Below are positions 49,062 to 63,808 of a DNA stretch of 64,000 nt, piece by piece. The translations under genes were made by a program, and so were the position numbers. Position 1 is the first letter of the stretch; each line of letters starts with the position of its first letter. Origin of the DNA: Octopus sinensis (lineage: Eukaryota); the NCBI RefSeq assembly GCF_006345805.1, contig NC_043022.1, positions 13,206,001 through 13,270,000 on the forward strand, given 5' to 3'. Under the pieces are notes generated by a model. It saw nothing but the letters and a program-made list of their open reading frames with translations. It was not told the DNA's origin and did not search any database.

Positions 49062-49730
49062 CTATTGTTGTTGTCCCTATAACCCCGCATGCATGGATGC
49101 TGTCTACGTCCTGTTTCTCATACTGACTTTTAGGGTAAACGGTCTATAATTTCAGAAAGTGGTTTTATTTTCTGAAATATCCATATACTTTACATCTCAC
49201 ACACAATGGCAAATATTTCTGTTTAAAACAACAAACAGTGTAGACAGAGAGCTTCTTACAATGTGAAAAGGGAACAGTCAATCACTTTTAGTATATATTT
49301 CAGACACAGAGGCCCATCATCACAAGTTAACAGATTAACCCTTTTGATACCAACCCATCTGAAATTTCCCCCTGGATCTATTCCCCATTTCAAATCGATC
49401 CCAATTAAAAATATCACATTAATTTATGTTCTAAACACCAGCTTAATGCTGACCTCCCTTGCAAATGCTATACAGGCACAATCTGTGTCGATAGCCAGCA
49501 GGAAAAGATATTTTCCCGGGGCTAAAACAAAAGTAACATTGTCCTTTACAGAAGTGCTACCCTAAGTGGTAGTCTGTGGACTGGTGCCAGTTCGCGAGCC
49601 ATCAGCTGCGAGTACGTGGCGAGTTTCCAGAAAACAAAAATAAACACTTATGTAATACTGTGTCATTTGTTTACAAAATAAATAAGATTTTTAAAATTGT
49701 CAGCTTTTATTATATTCATTATATATATTG

Positions 49731-49910
49731 GTTCGTCTGTCGTTACGTTCTGAGTTCAAATTCCGCCGATGTCAACTTTGCCTTTCATCCTTTGGGGATC
49801 GATAAATAAAGTACCAGTTTCGCACTGGAGGCGATATAATCGACTTAATCCCTTCGTCTGTCCTTGTTTGTCCCCTCTATGTTTAGCCCCTTGTGGGCAG
49901 TAAAGAAATA
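49731..49910 (+). mobile_element. 5'-truncated copy of the 47746 SINE family
   Basis: Near-identical 3' two-thirds, ending in (TA)n. Confidence 0.88.
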
Positions 49911-52900
49911 TATATATATATTGTTTCTGGTATAAATTAATATTACCAGTCCCTGGCACATTATGAAAAAAACCTGTCAGTACACCACAGCTGATAGTTT
50001 GAGAAGCACCGCTTTACAGGACTGCCACATTCTGTTGGCATATAAACTTTACTATATTTTACTAACTTCTTCATTAATTTCAAAACTAACCGGGAACAAA
50101 AGAATTATGTTCCAACAAAATATGGTAACAAAAAGGTTAAAGAAATACATGTAGGTCGTCAGCATTTCATAAAACAACATGTATCAATAATGATTAGATT
50201 AGGTTATGTGGAAGCAGTCATGACTTTACCCCTATCTTATTTCAACTGTTAGTCACCAACTATCAACACCAAATGACATGGTTGTCTTTGAGCTGAGAGA
50301 GAGAGAGAGGTTAAGGACAGATAAAAGAAAGGCAACTGTGTTATAATGGGATATAATTTGGAACTACGAATGAGGTTTGTTTCCAGCTGACTTTGCAACC
50401 ACAAGGTCTCAAGTTCAGTCTCAGTGCATGGCATCTTGAGCAAATGTTTCAAGTGATTTCTGCTACAGCTCTAGCCTGACCAATACCTTGTAAGTGAACT
50501 TGGTAGATGGAAACTGTGCAAAAGCCACCATACATGAGTGTGAACCCACCACTTGACAACCAATGAAGGTTTGTTTACATCCCTGTAATTTCAACAAGAG
50601 ATCAACAGTAAATACCAGATTTTAAAAAAGTTCTGGGGTCAATTTGTTTGACTAAACCATTCAAAGCAGTGCCCCAGCATGGCCAGGGTCCAATGACTGA
50701 AATAAGTAAAAGAACACAAGCACTAATAAAACAAGCATTCTCTAGGAACTGGAGTACTTGGTTATAAGCACAACTTGTCAAGGACTTAGTAGACACACAC
50801 ACACTCTTTCTTTATCTCACATTAAGAGGCAGAAAGTACAATTTCTTTGACTCACTCATATCACATCCTAATCTGAACAGCATGGTGTTATTTCAGTACA
50901 GAAGTGTTTTTTAAGTTCCTGCCACTACAATCATACAATACAACTCATTCACTTTTGCAAAGGAAGGAAAAAGTTGTTCTGAGAAAACAAAGATGTTTTG
51001 AATAATAGTAATAATAATTTTATTGTGCAAGTTGTGAAATAAGTATAACTGTGCATCTTTGAAAGAGAAAAGAAAACTTTGAAGTTTAACCCTTTAGCGT
51101 TCACAGTATTCTGTAAAAAGTTATGCAAATTTATTCATATTGTTTTGAATTAATCATTCGTTATCTTGCAGCTCTGAGGTTTTGATGAAGTAACTGTTGA
51201 TTTTTAGAATGACATTATAGGATTGGTGTGAAAGGCAAGTCTGGTCACTTTGTGCATAAAACAAGTAGAATATTTTGGCTGGATATGGGTGGTGTTAAAT
51301 CTTAACAGGGTAACTTTGTAATTTATCCATCTCTAAAGAATTTAATTTGTACAAGATTCAGTGTAAACTATTTGACCCAAACACCAATAAAATGGATGAC
51401 TTTGTGCCTATGTAAGAAGCTGTTATTAATCATTACTTTTCTGCCAAGGTCAACTTTGCCTTTCATTCTTTTGGGATCAATAAAACAAGTACCAGTCAAG
51501 CATTGGGGTCAATGTAATTGACTTACCGCCCCACCTTCGAAATTGCTGGCCTTGTGACAAAATTTGAAACCATTATTATTATTATTATTATTGTGATAAA
51601 GTGGAAGACTCGTTAGCGCCTCAGACAAAATGCTCAACAGTATTTTGACTGGGTCTTTAATTTCTGTATTCAAATTCCTCCCAGGTCAACTTTGCCTTTC
51701 ATTCATTCAGGATCAATAAAATAATACCAGTTGAGAACTGGGGTCAATATAATCAACTATCCCTTCCCAAAAATTTTAGGCCTTGCCTCAATAACAGGAG
51801 TGTCTATATTAAAAATTATCATTTATATTAACTCCTACTGGCATTGCTTCTAATCTCTTCTAGTTGAAGACTAGATTAAGAACTGTGATGTTGTATTAAT
51901 TAAATACCATTGTTTAAGATTCGTTGCCAGAAGAAAGCTAACTACATGTTGGTGATATGAAAACACATCTGTTTATCAAAGCTCGTTAATACAGAGAGAG
52001 TTATGTAGGATCACAACATAAATAATTCCAGATATTTCATTTATAATAATCACACAGCTTCACTGCCAACCCTTATATGGAGCTGCTACAGAGGCGATAA
52101 TTGGGGGAAAAAAAAGAAGAAGAAAATTCACATTATAGATCGCAAAAGAGTGCATGCGTGTGTGCATATACACACAGCCATACCAGCACACACACAAACA
52201 CAAAGGGTTAGCTAAATCACACTGTAGTCAAAGCATTTGTCTCGAATAGCTTTTTAGAAGAAAATCAATACCGAAATACGAAATACTGTCAAGCTGTGCA
52301 AAGGAAATCTTGGAAAGATGGAAGATTTGAAATTGCTCAGATGACATAAAGTGTTTGATAAATCAATTTTTAACCTTTTCTTATTCGTTCTGCAACTGGC
52401 TAATTACTTAAAGAGCAGTACAGTTAGTTGAAGCACCAGTAGAATATTGATGAACGTCTACAGAGCAAAAACACAACACTGGATATTTAGAATATTTTTC
52501 AGTAATAGTTTAGCCTGTCTTTCTTAGAAATCTTTCAGAAAGACTCATAATAATAATAATAATAATAATAATAGTTGTTGGTAGTTTCGACATTAAATAT
52601 TCACTGTAAGCTAAAAAAAGGAAAAAAAGAGAAAAGCAATTCTCGACTGGTGAAAACTGAGAAAATAATCGATAAAGCACATTATAAATAGGAGCAGTAT
52701 AGTTCAGTGATCAGACAGCCAGCACTTCTATGCTGATGGCCAAATAGTATTGAATCAATCCGAACAGTAAAAAATGTGAATTGCTTCATACACGGATATA
52801 TTTCCATTTGAAAATTGTGAAAAGTATGCTTCATGATGAATATCTTAAGCTAGCATTCACTGACAAAAACACATGAAAATAGAAAAAAAAGAATCTCAAA

Positions 52901-53184
52901 TGTTTAACATTTAAGTAAGAGAGAGAGAATCTGGTGGGGGTGGAGAATGGGTTTCAGTTGTAAAGGTTAAATTATTATAGAGGCAGGGAAGAGAAAGAGA
53001 AAAAAAATTCTGTAGTGAAACAGAATGCCAACCACACTGGGAGGCAATATTGCAGGGTATTATAAGGGTCCAAATGGAACAGTTCTACAGACTCCACGGG
53101 TAAACAGAATAACTTAACTGACCAAACTCATCAGATGTATTCAGGATGACTGGGTAGGAATTTCTAGGGAACACATTATTAATA

Positions 53185-53350
53185 TAATGTACAAAATTGG
53201 AATACACTAACGATGTAACATAGAAAATTAAACCCACACATTATTAACAATATAAAGTACAAAACCAGAATACACTAACAAAGTACAAAACCAGAATACA
53301 CTATTGAAGTACACTAGCAATATCAAACTATAGTAACAGTAAAAAGTACA
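53185..53350. repeat. Degenerate 26-bp tandem repeat (AAAGTACAAAACCAGAATACACTAAC)
   Basis: Two adjacent near-identical copies plus diverged copies on both sides. Confidence 0.8.
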
Positions 53351-53404
53351 AAATTGCCATGTAATTACTGGTATTGTGTGATGAAATATTAACAAGACAT
53401 TATA

Positions 53405-53670
53405 AATCATCATCATCGTTTAACATCCGCTTTCCATGCTGGCAAGGGTTGGACGGTTCAACTAGGGTCTGGGAAGCCAGAAGGCTGCACCAGACCCAGT
53501 CTGATCTGGCAGTGTTTCTACGGCTGGATGCCCTTCCTAACACCAACCACTCCGTGAGTGTAGTGGGTGCTTTTTACGTGCCACCGGCACAGGTGGTGCC
53601 AGACGAGGCTGGCTACGGCCACGTTCGGATGGTTCTCTTACATGCCACCGGCACTGGTATCACAGCTACA
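53405..53670 (-). mobile_element. (GAT)n-tailed element, family of 22051
   Basis: Reverse complement of the family, beginning at catcatcatcgtttaacatccgctttccatgctggc. Confidence 0.88.
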
Positions 53671-54300
53671 AATTCCATTGATGTTGATAGATTACGATTT
53701 TGATTTTAACAAAATTGACTTCAGTACTTATATCCAGTTTTTTTATTGGTTGTTAGGTGGGGGATGAGCAAGACCACCTTCCCATTGAGGAATGGGTAGA
53801 ACAGAATTACAGGTGGATTTTCTACAGCCATCCTGCCTTTCACCAGCCTTCACTTATTTCCCCGAATTTTCACAAGAGATTGGAAATGGACACTGCTAGC
53901 ATAACAGTGACATTTACAGGCATGAAACACCATGACTAGTCTCTCTAGTCTCAAGGCTTTGAGTGGTCCAAGGCTATAATAGAAAAAAAATGACGGTCTG
54001 AACCCACACTGGTTGCAAATTTAGCTTAACACAGCAGCATCTGCATTTAAAACTTCATGCAATAGTTGCAAGTAAATCTTCATTTTCTGCATGATCAAAG
54101 ATACCATTATTTAATTGACACGTCCTTATAGAACACAAGGTGAAAATTTTAGAATGAAAAATTGTATCACTTAAGGGAAAGTTGTAGTGTCCAGGATCAA
54201 AGAACTACAAGGCAAAAAAGTGACCGATTATTATACCAGTCCAAGATTGCTTCTGATCAAGAATAACCCAAGCAACATCGAAATCGAAACTGGAAATATT

Positions 54301-54672
54301 TAGTTAGTTAGTTAATTTGGCTCAAAAGCAAATAGCAAGGCCATGTAGGGGGACATGGAGTTAAGTACAGTGTGGTGTTCATGTAAAGAGTTCAGGCCAC
54401 TTGAGGTCAAGGGAGGCTTTGAACAAAGCGGTCGTCGGCATCTTCACCATCTCGTCTGGCAGCTTGTTCCACGGATCCGCAACCCGGACGGAGAAAGCCC
54501 CTCTCCTTCGATTGAGATGAAATCGTCGCAGGTAGAGCTTTTCAGAATGACCCCGCAGCCGACGCTCTGGAGCAGGAGTGAAGAACAGCTCTTTCAAGAG
54601 GTTACACTTTCCGCTTATGATGCTCTGGGCGAGAATGAGATCACCACAGCGGCGGCGTTTTTCTAGAGAATA
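54301..54672 (-). mobile_element. 5'-truncated CR1/L2-type LINE: ORF2 C-terminus, 3' UTR and (TAAC)n tail
   Basis: Stop-free frame YSLEKRRRCGDLILAQSIISGKCNLLKELFFTPAPERRLRGHSEKL...RRGAFSVRVADPWNKLP...FKASLD matches the SLE.RR.RGDLI, RGH..KL, FS.RV...WN.LP and F...LD motifs. Confidence 0.9.
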
Positions 54673-55122
54673 TATTTAAATATAAAGCAAAACTATGAAG
54701 AAACAACGGTTTTGAATTTTTAGATGATTTTCACCCACTCCTGACACCAATAATTGATTGTACATGTTACTTTAGAAAGGTCTATTGTGAATTAAACAAG
54801 TTATTATTGCTGTAACTCATATATAACATATATCATGAGAGAGGTTTCAATTCTCATTGAACTCTTTCGAAATGCAAAGAGAGAGGGGGGAGGGAGAGGG
54901 GGGAAAACATTGACTTAACTCTTTAAACAATATCAATACAAAAACAAGGAAGCTGTTAACTCGTGACTCACTCTATGATGGCCAACTCCCCTCAGTCAGG
55001 AGTTCAGATAAAACGCAATCAACAAACGAATCGCGCTCGTTCGTTTGTCAACAGCTCGGCTTTCAACTCATCCAATTAAGTAAGTTAATTGTAGAGGTTT
55101 ACAATGAAGAGGATGTGGTGAC

Positions 55123-55139
55123 GGGGGGGGGGGGGGGGG
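55123..55139 (+). repeat. G17 homopolymer
   Basis: Seen directly. Confidence 0.95.
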
Positions 55140-58100
55140 AAGTTTAGAAAGTCAAAAACTAATCTCTAAGAATTACTAGAAACTACTAGAGAACAACAAA
55201 TAGTAATGCTGTACCGAGGGGAGGGATATTAGTAGTTCAGACTCAGAGATAAAATTACCAACAGTTCAGCAAAGAGAAAACAAGCTGTCAGTTATGTCAC
55301 ATCATCATCATCACGATATAATACAAGTACTGCTGCTGGGTAAACTATATTACTTCAGATATATATTGGATTTATATCACAAAAAGAAAAGCAGTAATCA
55401 ATATATACACTTGAAGCAGTCATTAGATTGGAATGATTAACATATAGAATGTATAGACAAGCACAAATGTGGCTGTGTGGTTAAGTTTGCTTCCCAACCA
55501 CATAGTTTCAGGTTCAAGCTCATTGCATGGCATGGCACCTTGGGCAAGCGTTTTCTACTATAGCCCCTGAGCCAACCAAAGCCTTGCGACTGGATACGGT
55601 AGACATAAACCCTACCATGCATCCATGTAAATGAGTGTGTGCATGCATGTGTGTGCATGTGTCCCCTTGTCTTGACTGTGTGAGTGTGATGGTTGCAAAT
55701 GGTTGTCATTGTCACACAAGCAGCATCATTCACTTCCAATATCCTGCAAGAACACATCTGGTCATGGAGAAATATCGCCTTGTGTGAAAACAGGTGAACG
55801 TTGGAAGGACAGCTGGTCGTAGAAACTCTGCCTCAATAAAGTCCATCCAATCCACGTAAGCATGGAAAGTAGATGCTAAAATCATATTGATGATGATGAA
55901 GTTACAAACAACCTGTATTTTTTTCGTTTTTATTTAAACAAACAAGTCTCTTTGAGATGTTTCTCTAAGATAAAACATCACAGCCAGTGCCTTTACACTA
56001 TAAATATTCCACATGTAGCCACATTCATCTCCGATGCAAGATAACCTGGTGCAATCAATTATTGTGAACCATGATACATTTATCGTGGATTGATCTGTGA
56101 TAACAAGGTTGGAGATCAGTGGAAGAATCTGCTTCTACAGCACAGACAGACCCTAGCAAACACTTGCAATGCTCAGCTCCCCTGAAGGAAACATCGCTTG
56201 TATTTACACACACCATTCTGCAAAACTACATTGTTTTTTTTATCTGGATTTACACATACAGAAGAAAATACAAAGATGATTCATCCTAACAAATAACACA
56301 GATGAGTATAATTCTCTACAAGAAACAGTAAAGATGATCAAGAAAATATGTAACAGAGGATGCTTTGTTACTGCAGGCTGCAAGTTTGGCATTAATGAAT
56401 GACACAGATGACTATAATTCTCTACTGGAAAAGGTAGAGAGGACCAAGAAATTATGTGACAGTGGAATAAAAAGATTCTGTTGGACTAAAGTGGGTGGCA
56501 CTGAATCTACCATTTGTCCCCTTTATAAAGTGCACAGAGATGATTCATTTATCACTGGATTATTTGGTTGTTGTCTTTTCTTTTTAACTAAACCCCCGTG
56601 ATAAACGAGGACAGGCGTATACAGTAATATTTATATTGCCTTAACTGCATTAATAAAGGCAGTTCTGTAATTGTAATTAATGTTGGTTGAATATCGAACT
56701 TCCAACCAACCAAACCTCACCAAGTAAATAATATCCTCTCTCAATGTTTACTTGGCCATTATCAACATCATTGCAACTGTCACCACCCATCATTGTTTAG
56801 CTCAATTCTCTCTCATACTGGTATGGATTAGACAAACCCCCCCTTGCTTTCTTTTTCTCATTAGCTCAAATGTTATATATACATACACACACACATGTGT
56901 GTGTATGTATGTATTATTAGCAAAGTAAGCCAGATTAATTTGATTACATAACAGGTGTGATAATTGACTATCTAACTAGACTACACAGCTTTTTTTCCTA
57001 ATGTTTAAGATGTTATATAATTTTTGTAGACTAGGCTAACATTGTCAGCCTTTAGCTAGCAGCACTTGTCTGGCCCAGCCCAGTGGCAAAAACAGGAAAG
57101 TAAAACCTGAACTGAAGATAAAAACTATCAAAGACCAGCCAAGGAAATGAAAACCCACAGCACACTAACAAGAGAAAGCATTTGCATCTGCCCATGATGA
57201 TGATGATGAAGAAGATCAAGATAAAGATGCTGATGATGAGGACGAACTCACACATAGCAGTGTATGGCAAGTACAGAGACATAACAACATCAAGATAGCA
57301 AGTACCTACTTCTTTGATTATTCTACACTGAATCTACACTTATGTAATCTGCAAAGAAAGAATGGTATATTCCAGCTGCTTTGGCAGCATTTTCATTCCA
57401 AAGCTGTTGTAAAAATAGTGCTGATTGCATATTTTCACATCCACCAGACATGGGTGGGGCTAAAAACTCATATAAACTAAATGGTATTCCTTTCAAACAG
57501 CACCTAAATACAATTACAAACGAATGCACAATTCTGCAATTTGGAACAAACTCTCCTAGATCTGTTTCCATATGACACAGCAAGCAGTTTTATCTCACCA
57601 AATTGTTCAACAACCCCACCACCACCACCACCACAAACCTCCCCCCTCTCCCTCTCTCTCTCCAGACATGACACATTTTAAGGTCACTCAGCAGTCAACA
57701 AATATGTTGCCAAACTTGTCAACATGACAAAACAGAATCTACTTCATAAAATATTCATTTCACAAAAAAGTAATATGCTTCACAACTATTTTAAATAGAA
57801 ATAGAGAAAAGCGTTAAAAAAAAACAAAAAACGAATGATCTAAAAAAAAAAAAACTGAGTAAAACATTTCTATCTTTTACTTGTTTCAGTTGCTGAGCTG
57901 AAGCCATGCTGGAGCATCGTCTTAAAGGGTTTTATAAACAAATCTACCACAGTACTTGTCTTTTATGTCTGGCACTTATTCTATCGATCGCTAGTGTCAA
58001 ACTATTAAATTACAGGGGCATAAACAAACCAACACTGGTTTCCAGACAGAGAGAACAAATATACATTCAACACACACACGATGGGATTCTTCAGTTTCTG

Positions 58101-60633
58101 CCTACCAAATTCCTTCACAAGGCCTTCGTCAGCCTGGAGCTATAGAAGACACTTGCCTAAAGTGCAATACAATGGGACAGAACCCAAAATCTTGTGTTTG
58201 CAAAGTGAACTTCTAAATTACACAGCCTTACATAGACATTTTTAAATTCTTTAAACTTACAATTTTGAATGAAATCGTGATATAAGACTTTGGTTTCATG
58301 AATGGAGAAGAATGATGCCTAATTGTTACTAAGACTGATATTATATAATATACAAGCATTTCTTCAACAAATCAGATTTAAAACATTTTTATTTGACAAA
58401 ACAATTCTCTGAAGTTGAAACTAAATGGATTTCAGAATAATTCAATGAATGTATGATTCTACCAACAAGGTATTGTTTACCAAATACAATCCAGTCAATA
58501 AATAAATCTTCCAGTTGAACATTTCACTCATTATATTATTAAACTTGTATTCACAGTTCTTGTCCTTTATCTGAGCCACATTCAAACACTGAAACACTAA
58601 AACTTTATTTCACACTTTAATTTTCGTGAAATCTCTCAGGATCAAAGAGGCTTAAAGGATTAGGTCTTTAGTTCTTCCTGTGAATATTTTACAAATTCTT
58701 GAAAGCGATTCCAAGACTTTCCTCAACTTCATTACTACCATTGTCATCATTTAATGCTTTTGAATTTTCAATAAATCTGGGCTAACAATAAACATACAAT
58801 TTTAAAACAGCAGATAACAGAAGACTGACCTTTTTGGGGTTTTTTTCATTACTGTTCACAAAACTGTTTACAGTACTTTTGTTTCAATTAATTTTGAAAA
58901 TAACAAAGAATTTAGAGATATAATTTTGTGTTTGTAACACAATTAACAGGAAACTTTGAAGAAAGGTTTTGGTTCAGATTATTTTCAAACAGGAAGTAAA
59001 AGAACTAAGGATTGTTTCAGGTGGGGTTGGTATCAGAAGGATTAACAATATTCAATCCTATTTATTGACTCCAACACCACAAAGTCAATATTAGATGGAT
59101 TTGAAGTGAAACCATAGGTGTGCCCAAAAAACCCACCATTGTTTATCCCTAAATTGTTGCTTAATTAAAAAAACATAGACAAAAATTTTTTCTTTAATCA
59201 TACAATGGTTGAACTGGAAGAAATTCCAGACATCCAAATTAAACAACTTTCCTCAATCTGCATTTAATGGCGTGTGTGTGTGTGTGTGTGTGCAGATAAT
59301 CCTAAAAATACTCTACCACCACACCTAGAAAGTGAGGAAAAGCTGTACGAACTTAGCAACATTTAAGACATTTAAGGCTGTTGTAAGAATTATTTAGTGA
59401 TTCAATGAAAAATATTTCAAAGTTTTAAGAGAATAAGTAACAGACTGGTAGTAGTGGTATTGGTAGTAGCAGCACCACCCCCAACATCAACCACACAACT
59501 ATTACAGCTACATGCCTTCCCAACCCCTCTACATTCATATCTAATTAATCATCACTGCACTTGGCATTAGTTAAGGCCGAGCTGAAGCAGAACATAGACA
59601 AGAGAGCAACAAAGACGGCATACAAACCAGACACACTCACTCACTCACACAGACATGTCTTCTCTTGCCAATGAAACAAGCAGTAACAAGTCACAGTGAG
59701 AGATAAAGGCCCTTCTATATACAGCAGAGAGAATTTCTTTAACGATCTTACAAGCACACGGCACACCAAATAAACTTAACTTCAGTGGAAAAATACTGAA
59801 TCTAAAACAAGAATACAAAACAGAACTTCAAAAGATACAAAAAAACCATGCTCAACATAATAAAATAAGTACAGTTTACTTTATTGACAGCTTACAATGG
59901 CCCTTTTCAGATGCTAGATCTGTAGAAAAATAAAAACAGGTGACAGTGCTTACAGCCCTTAAGTCTTCCAGGAGCTGTGAGGATAATAATGGTACTGAGA
60001 TTTGTAATTTAGAGTCACCAGGCATTTATTTCTAACCCTTTTGATACCAACCTGCCCAACACTGCCCTTGGTCCATAACACCAGCTTTCGTTTTCAAAGT
60101 AATCTAATTTAAAACCCTTCCATCAAAATATGTTAATCTATGTCCCAAACACCAGCTTAATAGTGACAAAGCTGTTTTACTAAATCCATTATTTTCAAAA
60201 ATTAATTAAAATAAAAAAGCAGTGTATGCTAACTAAAAATATGCTAACAAAAGGGTGAAAGTGAACTAAATTAAAACCATCCATCAAAATATCTTAATTT
60301 ATGTTCCAAACACCAGCTTAATAATATTAAATTTGCTTTAATAAATTCTTTATTTTCTAAATGAATTGACAAAAAAAAAAACCAACAGCAATATATTTTG
60401 ACAGAAATATGGTAAGAAAAGGATTAAAGTGACAAGCGGTGTGGAAAAGCAGGAAAGAGTCCTCAGACTGCAACTTGGTCTTCATGGCTCTGTTGCTACG
60501 CTTCATCCTTAACACATCTTATATTCTTGTTAAAGGTTTGGGTGTCACGACTCTCCCTTCCACATTAACAACTATCTCTTTTATAATAAAATGTTATCAC
60601 ACCAGCATGGCTGTATGGTTATAGAAGTTCATT

Positions 60634-60862
60634 TTAACCCTTTCGTTACCAACCCGGCCAAAACCGGCTCTGGCTCTGTAGTACAAATATCTTGTTTTCA
60701 TAAGTTTTGCATTAAAATATACCACCAAACCTTAGTCACAATTTATGTTCCTAATACTAGCTGAATGATAACTAAGTTATTTTACTAAATTCTTTGTTAT
60801 ATTTAAAATAATTGAAAGAAACACAGAGCATCTCAAAATAAATACAGTAACTAAAGGGTTAA
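60634..60862. mobile_element. Intact piggyBac-type (TTAA) MITE inserted into a SINE head
   Basis: ttaaccctttcgttacc...gtaactaaagggttaa. The SINE head gcatggctgtatggtta precedes it and ...ttcagttccactg...cttctactatagcccc follows it. Confidence 0.88.
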
Positions 60863-63774
60863 CTACCATGTGCTTTTCAGTTCAGTTCCACTGTACAGCA
60901 GCACCAGGTGACTACGAGCCTTCCTTCTACTATAGCCCCAGATCAACTGATTGAATGTGACTTAATTTGATAGACCAGAAACTGTACAAAGCTTGTTGCG
61001 TGCACCTATACTGGTGAGAGTTTGAACTCTTAACGTCAAAAGAACTGCAATCACAAAGGCCAGCACTTTTAATGCCTCTGCCGAATGACAAACGGTAACA
61101 ACATTCCTGTATAACATTCCATACCCACATAAACAGAACAATTGCCAACAACACAGAACAGTTGGTTGTGCAGTTGTTAGCAGAATCAATAGTTCTACTA
61201 CATATAGACTCAGAGGAGGCTTTTGTTGTTTATATTAAAACTTCACTGCAAGATTCAGCAAAAATTTCAAAGCTACAAATATTAAATTAACTCTCTCTCT
61301 CTCTCTCCATTTCCCAATAGACACGAGAGAAAACAACAAGAGCAAATAAACTACTTTCAATGCAGCTGTCGATCACCTTTGGCCAAACTGTACAGAAACA
61401 TTGGCAACGCTGAATAACAAAATCAGTTGAACAAAAATAATCAAATCTCCAGAGATGCGAAATCTTTACATATATTTCAGGGTTATCTACAAAATAAACA
61501 ACTCTGGTTCACAAAACACAGCCATTCTGACCACTATTTCGCTATTCCTGTTATCAGAACATATTTCGCTGTTCCATACAAGTCAGATAAATGCTACAAG
61601 TCTAATTTAGAATTCACCATTACCACTAACAGCAGCCGTCTCAGTTCTTCCCTTTAGCATTCTCACAATCCTTTTTTTAGAGAAATATAGATTTTATGAA
61701 ATTCCAGATCTACTGTAAACAAAGAAAAATAAAATACTGGCTTTGTTTAAGAGGTTAGCTTCTCAACTACACAGTTTCAGGTTCAATTCTGCTGCGTGGT
61801 ATTTTGAGCAAGCACTTTCCACTATGGCTCTGAACCAGCCAAAGCCTTGCAAGTTGATTTGGTAAACGGAAAGAAGCCCCTCATATGCATTTCTACACAC
61901 AGACACACAATAGTTGTAAAACAAATGTCACCATCTTACAAGGTGTCATTCATTTTCAATCTTCTGTGAAAACATCTGACAGTAGGGATGTAGGGAAATA
62001 TTACCTTGCTTGGAAACAGGTGAGGGTGGGCAACAGGAAGGGTATCCAGTCGTAGAAAATTTGCCTCAACAAATTTCATCAGACACATGCAAACATGGAA
62101 ATACGGATATGATAATGATTATAAACCAAACTCACTCCACACTAAATTAAAATCTCCCACCAAAATTTTGTGTTATTTAGATTTCAGACACTGTCTTAAT
62201 AATGACAAAGTTATTTTACTAAATTCTTGCTTTTTCTCAAAATTAATTTGAAACAAAGAACATGTGTTTCAACAGAAATATGCTAACAAAAAAGGGTTAA
62301 CCACTGTGTCTTTGGATTTGATAGTACAAAATTCCAAACAATTCTTTCCAGAACTTCACTGCATTACAGCTAATCCTTAAAGTGAAAACCGCAAAGCTAT
62401 CGTTTTGTTGACAAAAATCAGCAAGCAAAAAACTCTTCTGAAAACATAATATTCCAAGTGCAATAATGGTCAGCCTATACACTTGATGTTGTCCCTCTCT
62501 GCTGAGGGTACTAAAATGCTTCAAGTAGATCTGACTAAAGTGTAGTTTATTAGAGATGAATCATGTGTACACGTAGATATACATACATTGTATGTGTTGA
62601 GTGAGTGCATGACCAAGATGTTACAGATACATGAATCATTACAATATAGACATTAAAGGAGGAGGAAAAGTGCACTTAAGATAGACAAAGAGAGAGAGAA
62701 ATGGTCAGTGTCATTATATAGTAGGATAAAAAGTTCAAAAGGAGTTCAGTCTTGAAAACTAGAAGAAAATTCAAATACGTATCTCAGAAAAGACGATCAA
62801 AACAGCTATGTTTGCTGGAAGGATAACAATTGATGAGGTTTGACTTTAAGATAACCAGACACTTGCAAGCAAGAAATAGAAATCAAATCCCTATCACTGA
62901 GGGACATGTAATTAATTTTCTCCTTCCCTTGAATTTCAGACTTTCTGCCTTTAGTAGAAAGTCTGAACTTCTTATATAACTCACATGCGATTCTGATAAA
63001 CCAACAGAAACAGCAAGATGTAAAATTTTCCAAGCTTTCCATCTGCTCCTATTCATAATAATAAGTCAAAAAAACAAAAATTAAAGAGAATCTTAAAATC
63101 AGATCTCATCCCAGAATTTACCAAGAAAGTTTGTTTCAAAAGTAACTGACCTACTTAGGCAGACCAGTCCTTAATTTCTACAAACAATTAAAACTGAGGA
63201 AATAATATTGACAAAAGGATGAAATATAATTGGCTTCAAGGAGTGCCTGACTTAACATATAACAGATTGGTTCTTTAAGTGTGTGTGTGTGTGTGTGCAA
63301 TACACACATTTCTTGACTATTAAATCAACAACCTATATATATTTCAAATGCATACACACACGTATTTAAGAGCACATGTACTCATCTACTTTGCAGGAAT
63401 GATGCAGGATTGCAAATTATGTGAAAAACCATATATAAAATATTTTTGGTGGGTTTTTAAGATCAGATAATGAAGATAACACAAAACAGAAAAGCAAAAC
63501 TTCGAATTCAATTTTGTTATTAGGTTATTCTAATAATGAGTTGATCATGGCTTTGTAAATCTAAAGCCAGTTCTAAAGCCCCACCAGAAAACAAACTTTA
63601 AATTAACAAAATTGTTGGATCCCCTTGTGCTAAATTACAGAGAATTCATCATGCATGTATGCATAAAATGTATATCATTATTGTTGAATTACCCATTTCC
63701 CATGCTGGCATGGGTTGGATGAGCCAGAGGACTACACTGATGTCTGCATGTATGTATGCAAGTACCTGTATGTA

Positions 63775-63808
<34 letters not shown>

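Noticed and set aside
54355-54666. 103-aa plus-strand ORF
   Set aside because: Antisense shadow of the LINE fragment.
57323-57583. Overlapping 86-aa and 64-aa ORFs as the missing spen start exon
   Set aside because: No MVRETRHLWVGNLP-like sequence here, or anywhere I could find in 36450-64000.
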